In this document: positions 25,030 through 30,633 of the stretch, piece by piece
Position numbering within the stretch: the stretch's first letter is position 1
Layout of the letters: every line of letters begins with the position of its first letter
Assembly: GCA_964641145.1 (NCBI GenBank)
Contig: CAZXKI010000001.1
Span: forward strand, 1 to 30,633
Length of the DNA: 30,633 bases
DNA from: an uncultured Candidatus Saccharibacteria bacterium
GTDB taxonomy: Bacteria; Patescibacteriota; Minisyncoccia; Phycocordibacterales; SBAW01
Reading direction: 5' to 3'
The notes under the pieces: generated by a model
What the model saw: the letters and a program-made list of their open reading frames with translations, nothing else
What the model was told of the DNA's origin: nothing
The model's database searches: none
Position numbers and translations under genes: made by a program

Positions 25030-25043
25030 TCTCTATTTAGTTT

Positions 25044-28000
25044 TTACTGCACTTCGGTCTTCTCTACTGCAGGTACTTCTACCTGGCGCGGAGAAAACTT
25101 GTGGATCAACTCCTGCTTTGGAGACCCCTTAAAGCCGGTACCAGCTGGGATCAAGCGGCCGATGATCACGTTCTCTTTCAAGCCTTCGAGCTTGTCCATA
25201 GCGCCACCAATCGATGCCTTGATGAGCATGCGGGTTGTGTTCTGGAACGACGCTGCAGAGAGGAAGCTTGCGCGAGAGAGCGACACATCAAGAATACCCA
25301 TGATGAGACCCTCGCCCTTTGCCGGCTCGCCGCCTGCGGCCTTAATGCGCTCGTTAGTTGCAGACAAGTCAGTCTCAGGGACCACGTCTCCTATAGAGTA
25401 CTCGGTGGTACCGATTACAGTGATCTTAACACGGCTGAACATCTGGCGAACGATCACTTCAAGGTGCTTGATCGAGATGTTGGCGCCCTGGAGTTCGTAG
25501 ATCTTCACGATTTCAGAGATGATGTATGCGAGAGTCTTCTCCTTGCCAGCGTACTTGAAGAGCTCGGTGAGGTCGGCTGAGCCGTCGGTCAAGAACTGAC
25601 CCTTCTCTACCTTGTCTCCTACTTTTACAAGCGCCACACGGCGGAAGTGCACTTCATACTCGATAGCGTCTTTGCCTTTCTTGCCAGCCTTCATGTGCTC
25701 GATATCCGGAGCGACAACAATGATCTTCTCTTTGCCGTCGTCTTTGATGTCGATCACTTCACCGCCAACCGTAGCAATAACTGCCGGGTTACGAGGTGCG
25801 CGGCGCTCAAAGATTTCTTCAACACGAGGGAGACCCTGCGTAATGTCGCCACCTACAGAAGCTGCACCGCCGGCGTGGAAGGTGCGCATAGTGAGCTGGG
25901 TGCCCGGCTCACCGATAGCCTGTGCTGCAACGGTGCCCACCGCCTCACCGAGCGCAACCGGCTTCATGGTGCCCAAGTCTGCGCCGTAGCACTTCTGACA
26001 AACGCCCTTAAATGACTTACATGCAACTGGAGAGCGAACATAGGCTGCCGGTACGCCGAGCTCTTCAATGCGCTTTGCGTCTGCGTGCGTAATGAAGTGG
26101 CCTTTCTTGTATTCAGTTTTGCCGTTTACCTCGATATCTTCTGCCAAGTAGCGGCCGCCGATATTCTGCGCGAGGAAGGTGCCGATACCAGAAGCTGATT
26201 CACGCGTAATAGTGAGACCGTCTTTGGTGCCGCAGTCTTCTTCAGTTACTACTACGTCCTGTGCTACGTCGAAGAGGCGGCGCGTGAGGTACCCTGCTTT
26301 TGCAGTGTTGAGCGCGGTGTCAGAGAGACCTTTGCGAGAGCCGTGGGTCGTAATGAAGTACTCAATCGGTGAGAGACCTTCTTTCATTGACTTCGTAATT
26401 GGGAACTCGATCGCCTCGCCAGTCGGAGAAGCAATGAGACCTTTCATACCAGCCATCTGAGTAACCTGAGCTACCGAACCGCGGGCACCAGACTTAAGCA
26501 TGTCTGAAACCGGGCCGTTAACCGCAAGAGTGCCGGGCATAAGCTTTTCTACCTCTGACTTAGCGCCGTGCCAGACTTCGATGTTCATGCGGTAACGCTC
26601 TTCCTCTGAAAGGAGGCCGTCGTGCCAGTGCTTCATGATTTCATCTGACTTCTGCTGAGCTGCAGCCACAATATCTGCCTTCTCTTTCGGAATCTTGATG
26701 TCGTCGAGCGACCAGGTAATACCTGACTGGGTGACGTAGCGGAAGCCGAACGTCTTAATGCGATCGAGAATTTCAGGAACCTTCTCAAGGCCGTAGCGGA
26801 CAATGAGGTCATCTACGAGTTTCGAGAGGCTCTTCTTATCAATTGGATAGTTTACGAATGGATAGTCACTTGGGAACACCGTGTTGAAGAGGAGGCGGCC
26901 CACCGTGGTCTCAAAGAGCTGACCACCGAACTGTGCGTACTTCTCCTTCTCTGACGGCATAACCTTGATCTTTGCTTGGAAGCCCACCACACCGTGGTCG
27001 TATGCAAGGATAGCGGCGTTCGGAGAGTGGAAGGCGCGACCTTCACCCTTCATGCCATCAACCTCTTTGGTCATCCAGTATGAGCCGAGCAAGATGTCGA
27101 GAAGCTTGGTTGCAATAACGGCTTCGCCGGAACCTGGCTTCAAGATGTTGCGGTGCGCAGCCATAATCTCGCGAGCCTCGGTCTGAGCCTCTGGAGAGAG
27201 CGGCACGTGTACGGCCATCTGGTCGCCGTCGAAGTCTGCGTTAAAGGCTGGACATACCATCGGGTGGAGCTGGATAGCATTGCCTTCGATCAGGATCGGC
27301 TGGAATGCCTGGATACCAAGGCGGTGCAAGGTAGGTGCGCGGTTAAGAAGCACATACTTGTCGCGGATGATCTCTTCGAGAATTGCCCACACCTCCGGCA
27401 CGCCTTCGTCGATAAGACGACCAGCGCCACGGATGTTGTATGCGAGCTCCTTCTCAAGCAGTTTACCGATCACGAATGGGCGGAAGAGTTCCAACGCCAT
27501 GTGCTTAGGCAGACCGCACTGGTTGAGCTTGAGTTCAGGACCAACCACGATTACCGAGCGGCCCGAGTAGTCTACGCGCTTACCAAGAAGGTTCTGGCGG
27601 AAGAGACCGTGCTTACCCTTGAGGTTGTCAGAAAGGGACTTGAGCGGACGAGTGCGAGCTTGAGTGGTTGCAGAGTATGCCGCACCGCCATGGCGGATTG
27701 AGTTGTCGATAAGGGCGTCCACTGCCTCCTGGAGAATGCGCTTCTCGTTGCGGAGAATCACGTCAGGTGCGGCAATTTCAATAAGCTTCTTCAAGCGATT
27801 GTTGCGGTTGATAACGCGGCGATAGAGGTCGTTGACGTCTGATGTCGCGTGGCGGCCACCGTCGAGCGCAACCATTGGGCGAAGTCCTGGTGGGATAACC
27901 GGAATGCGAGTAAGGAACATCCACTCTGGGCGTACATTTGCACGCACCATTGAGCGGAGTGTTGAGAGGCGCTTAGAAAGTTTTTCGCGCTCTGCAGCAC

Positions 28001-30632
28001 CGGCATCCTCAAGCGCAGCAGCTGTTTCTTCTACCATCTGCTTAAGGTCGAGACCTTTGCAGAGTTCGTGGATAGCTTCTGCACCAATGCCTGCCTCGAA
28101 CATAGCGCCGTACTTAATGGCGTAGCGGTGATAGCGAGGCTCGTCGAGCACTGCGCCAACATGAATAGCTTCGATGTCGCGTTTAGCTTCGAGGAAGAGT
28201 TCCTTCATCTTCTCCTTCGACTTCTCGTCTACCAAGTTCTTCATCTTGGTCTTGTATTCAACTTCAAGCTCGCCGACGATGCGCTCTTTTTCTGTCTTGT
28301 GCACCGTCGTTACGATGTAGCCGGCGAAGTACACCACTTTTTCAAGCTCACCGCCTGAGATACCAAGCACCATCGAAAGGCGCGACGGGATAGCGCGGAG
28401 GAACCATACGTGCGCAACCGGTACTGCAAGGTCTACGTGACCCATGCGCTCGCGGCGGACAATGGCACGGGTGATTTCCACACCGCACTTCTCGCAGGTA
28501 ATACCCTTGTAGCGGATGCCGCGGTATTTGCCGCAGTAACATTCGTAATCTTTTTCAGGACCAAAGATCTTTTCGTCAAAGAGTGAGTTCTTTTCTGGAC
28601 GCTGAGTGCGGTAGTTAATAGTTTCTGGTTTGGTTACCTCGCCGTGTGACCACTCGAGGATGCGCTCAGGCGAAGCTGGGCGGATGCGGACATTGTCGAA
28701 GTCGGCAACATCAGCGCCAGGAGTCTTGCGGAGTGCTGAGACGCGCTCAGAACCGCGCATAAGCTCGATGTCGAGTGCGAGACCGCGCAGGGTGTGCAAG
28801 AGCACGTTAAATGATGCCGGTGCGTAGTGGTGAGAAATGCGCTCGCCGCGAACAATCGCGTCAAAGGCAGCCGAGCGGCCCTGGATGTCGTCAGACTTAA
28901 TCGTGAGCATCTCGCGCAAGGTATACGCTGCGCCATAGCCAAGAAGCGCCCACACTTCCATTTCTCCGAAGCGCTGACCACCGCCCTGAGCTTTACCGCC
29001 CAAAGGCTGCTGGGTAATAAGCGAGTACGGTCCGATAGAGCGCATGTGGATCTTGTCCTCTACCATGTGGTGGAGCTTCAAGATGTACATGTAACCAACT
29101 GAGACGTCCTGTTCGAACTTCTCACCGGTGCGGCCATCGAAGAGCGTCATTTTGCCGCTCTCGTTAAAGCCTGCTTTCTTAAGCTCTTCGCGGATCTCTC
29201 CTTCGGTTGCGCCTGCAAACGGCGGGCAGATTGCCTGATAGTTAAGTGAGTTTGCAGCAAGACCAAGGTGGAGTTCCAAAATCTGACCGAGGTTCATGCG
29301 GCTTGGCACGCCGAGTGGAGTAAGGATCACGTCTACCGGGCGACCATCTGCCATGTATGGCATGTCTTCTTCAGGCAAGATGCGTGAGATAACACCCTTG
29401 TTGCCGTGACGGCCGGCGAGTTTGTCGCCTACTGATACCGCGCGGAGCTGTGCGATCTCAATGTGGATGCGCTTGATGATGCCCGACTCGAGGTTGTGGC
29501 CCGCTTCGCGAGAAAATACTTTAACGCCAATGATGCGGCCGCGCTTGCCGTTCTCCATGCGGAGTGAAGAGTCTTTAACATCGCGAGCCTTGTCGCCGAA
29601 GATCGAACGCAGAAGGCGCTCTTCTGGGGTCAGCTGAGTCTCGCCCTTTGGAGTGATCTTGCCGACAAGAATGTCGCCAGGACGCACTTCTGAGCCGACA
29701 CGGACAACGCCGTCTTCGTCCAAGTTGCGGAGCTTTGTTTCAGATACGTTCGGAATATCGTGGGTCGTCTCTTCCGGTCCGAGCTTAGTGTCACGGACGT
29801 TGCAGACAAACTCCTCAATGTGAATTGAAGAGAACTTAGAGTTTTTAACCATGCGCTCAGAGATAATGATGGCATCTTCGTAGTTGGCGCCAGACCAGCA
29901 CATAAATGCAACGAGACAGTTCTGACCAAGCGCAAGCTGGCCTTGGTCTGAGGTTGATGTGTCTGCAAGAAGATCGCCTTTCTTAACCTTGTCGCCTACT
30001 GAAACAGTCGGGCGCTGGTGAAGGGCGGTAAAGCCGTTAGTGCGAACAAAGTTTACGAGGCTGTAAGTAGTCTCTTTGCCCTTGGCATTCTTAACCTTTA
30101 CATGTTTGCCGTCGACAGCAGAAACTACTCCATCTTCGAGTGAGTAGTGGAGACGGCCAGTGTCTTTAGCAGCGCGCTCTTCGATACCTGTTGCCACAAG
30201 CGGAGCCTCAGGAACGATACATGGCGTAGACTGCTTCTGCATGTTCGAACCCATGAGAGAGCGGTTAGCGTCGTCGTGCTCAAGGAACGGAATCATCGAG
30301 GTTGCGATAGAAAATGGCTGCTCTGGCGCAACGTCTATATATTTAACGTCTTTGCGGGGAACACGGGTCGGGCCGCCGTTGAGGCGTACTTCTACCTGCT
30401 CATCAATAATGGAGCCGTCGTCTTTAAGAAGAACCCCTGCGTGAGCGATAGGCTCCTTCTCTTCCTCTGCAGCGTTCAAGTAGACAACCTCTTTGGTAAC
30501 CTTGCCGTCAACAACACGAGCATACGGAGTCTCGATCATGCCGAACTCGTTCAAACGGGCAAACTGCGCCAAACGCAAAATAAGACCGATGTTCGGACCT
30601 TCAGGAGTATGGATCGGACAGAGGCGGCCGTA
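25044..30632 (-). CDS. rpoBC: Fused RNA polymerase beta-beta' subunit (5' part lies beyond the window end)
   Basis: One open frame from 30632 to the stop at 25044. RpoB motifs ([53 protein letters not shown]) run into RpoC motifs ([18 protein letters not shown]...[32 protein letters not shown]-like [38 protein letters not shown]). Confidence 0.95.
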   Translation of the reverse strand, partial: YGRLCPIHTPEGPNIGLILRLAQFARLNEFGMIETPYARVVDGKVTKEVVYLNAAEEEKEPIAHAGVLLKDDGSIIDEQVEVRLNGGPTRVPRKDVKYIDVAPEQPFSIATSMIPFLEHDDANRSLMGSNMQKQSTPCIVPEAPLVATGIEERAAKDTGRLHYSLEDGVVSAVDGKHVKVKNAKGKETTYSLVNFVRTNGFTALHQRPTVSVGDKVKKGDLLADTSTSDQGQLALGQNCLVAFMCWSGANYEDAIIISERMVKNSKFSSIHIEEFVCNVRDTKLGPEETTHDIPNVSETKLRNLDEDGVVRVGSEVRPGDILVGKITPKGETQLTPEERLLRSIFGDKARDVKDSSLRMENGKRGRIIGVKVFSREAGHNLESGIIKRIHIEIAQLRAVSVGDKLAGRHGNKGVISRILPEEDMPYMADGRPVDVILTPLGVPSRMNLGQILELHLGLAANSLNYQAICPPFAGATEGEIREELKKAGFNESGKMTLFDGRTGEKFEQDVSVGYMYILKLHHMVEDKIHMRSIGPYSLITQQPLGGKAQGGGQRFGEMEVWALLGYGAAYTLREMLTIKSDDIQGRSAAFDAIVRGERISHHYAPASFNVLLHTLRGLALDIELMRGSERVSALRKTPGADVADFDNVRIRPASPERILEWSHGEVTKPETINYRTQRPEKNSLFDEKIFGPEKDYECYCGKYRGIRYKGITCEKCGVEITRAIVRRERMGHVDLAVPVAHVWFLRAIPSRLSMVLGISGGELEKVVYFAGYIVTTVHKTEKERIVGELEVEYKTKMKNLVDEKSKEKMKELFLEAKRDIEAIHVGAVLDEPRYHRYAIKYGAMFEAGIGAEAIHELCKGLDLKQMVEETAAALEDAGAAEREKLSKRLSTLRSMVRANVRPEWMFLTRIPVIPPGLRPMVALDGGRHATSDVNDLYRRVINRNNRLKKLIEIAAPDVILRNEKRILQEAVDALIDNSIRHGGAAYSATTQARTRPLKSLSDNLKGKHGLFRQNLLGKRVDYSGRSVIVVGPELKLNQCGLPKHMALELFRPFVIGKLLEKELAYNIRGAGRLIDEGVPEVWAILEEIIRDKYVLLNRAPTLHRLGIQAFQPILIEGNAIQLHPMVCPAFNADFDGDQMAVHVPLSPEAQTEAREIMAAHRNILKPGSGEAVIATKLLDILLGSYWMTKEVDGMKGEGRAFHSPNAAILAYDHGVVGFQAKIKVMPSEKEKYAQFGGQLFETTVGRLLFNTVFPSDYPFVNYPIDKKSLSKLVDDLIVRYGLEKVPEILDRIKTFGFRYVTQSGITWSLDDIKIPKEKADIVAAAQQKSDEIMKHWHDGLLSEEERYRMNIEVWHGAKSEVEKLMPGTLAVNGPVSDMLKSGARGSVAQVTQMAGMKGLIASPTGEAIEFPITKSMKEGLSPIEYFITTHGSRKGLSDTALNTAKAGYLTRRLFDVAQDVVVTEEDCGTKDGLTITRESASGIGTFLAQNIGGRYLAEDIEVNGKTEYKKGHFITHADAKRIEELGVPAAYVRSPVACKSFKGVCQKCYGADLGTMKPVALGEAVGTVAAQAIGEPGTQLTMRTFHAGGAASVGGDITQGLPRVEEIFERRAPRNPAVIATVGGEVIDIKDDGKEKIIVVAPDIEHMKAGKKGKDAIEYEVHFRRVALVKVGDKVEKGQFLTDGSADLTELFKYAGKEKTLAYIISEIVKIYELQGANISIKHLEVIVRQMFSRVKITVIGTTEYSIGDVVPETDLSATNERIKAAGGEPAKGEGLIMGILDVSLSRASFLSAASFQNTTRMLIKASIGGAMDKLEGLKENVIIGRLIPAGTGFKGSPKQELIHKFSPRQVEVPAVEKTEVQ

Positions 30633-30633
30633 G

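Noticed and set aside
22940-25030. Integron cassette array
   Set aside because: No intI gene, the hairpins lack RYYYAAC/GTTRRRY ends, and the cassettes carry their own promoters and terminators.

Overview
A 30.6-kb bacterial chromosomal segment in genetic code 11. It is most likely from a Patescibacteria/CPR (Parcubacteria-like) genome; this is inferred from gene content, compact intergenics and core genes lacking Shine-Dalgarno sites. Core genes are a class Ic-type ribonucleotide reductase (nrdA with two ATP-cones, nrdB with the Glu/Phe R2c signature), truB, hisS, an RNase H-like exonuclease, a DsbA-family protein, a CPA1 Na+/H+ antiporter, dnaG-rpoD, and the 3' 5.6 kb of one fused rpoB-rpoC reading frame. 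Between them sit accessory genes with TTGACA promoters, SD sites and GC-rich terminators: a GT2/CE4/PIG-L/acetyltransferase polysaccharide cluster, a 3D-domain protein, a beta-carbonic-anhydrase-like gene (paired with a second, SD-less one), and four single-gene cassettes between dnaG and rpoC. The most unusual signals are: (1) two diverged, colinear copies of a ~230-bp promoter plus structured leader (covarying long stem, leaderless uORF, terminator overlapped by an alternative hairpin), upstream of a hypothetical gene and a GNAT acetyltransferase; (2) a perfect 20-bp palindrome inside dnaG that appears to add 7 codons in frame; (3) the rpoBC fusion; (4) the class Ic RNR. I saw no tRNA, rRNA, CRISPR array or transposase. 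All family assignments come from motif recognition, not database searches.
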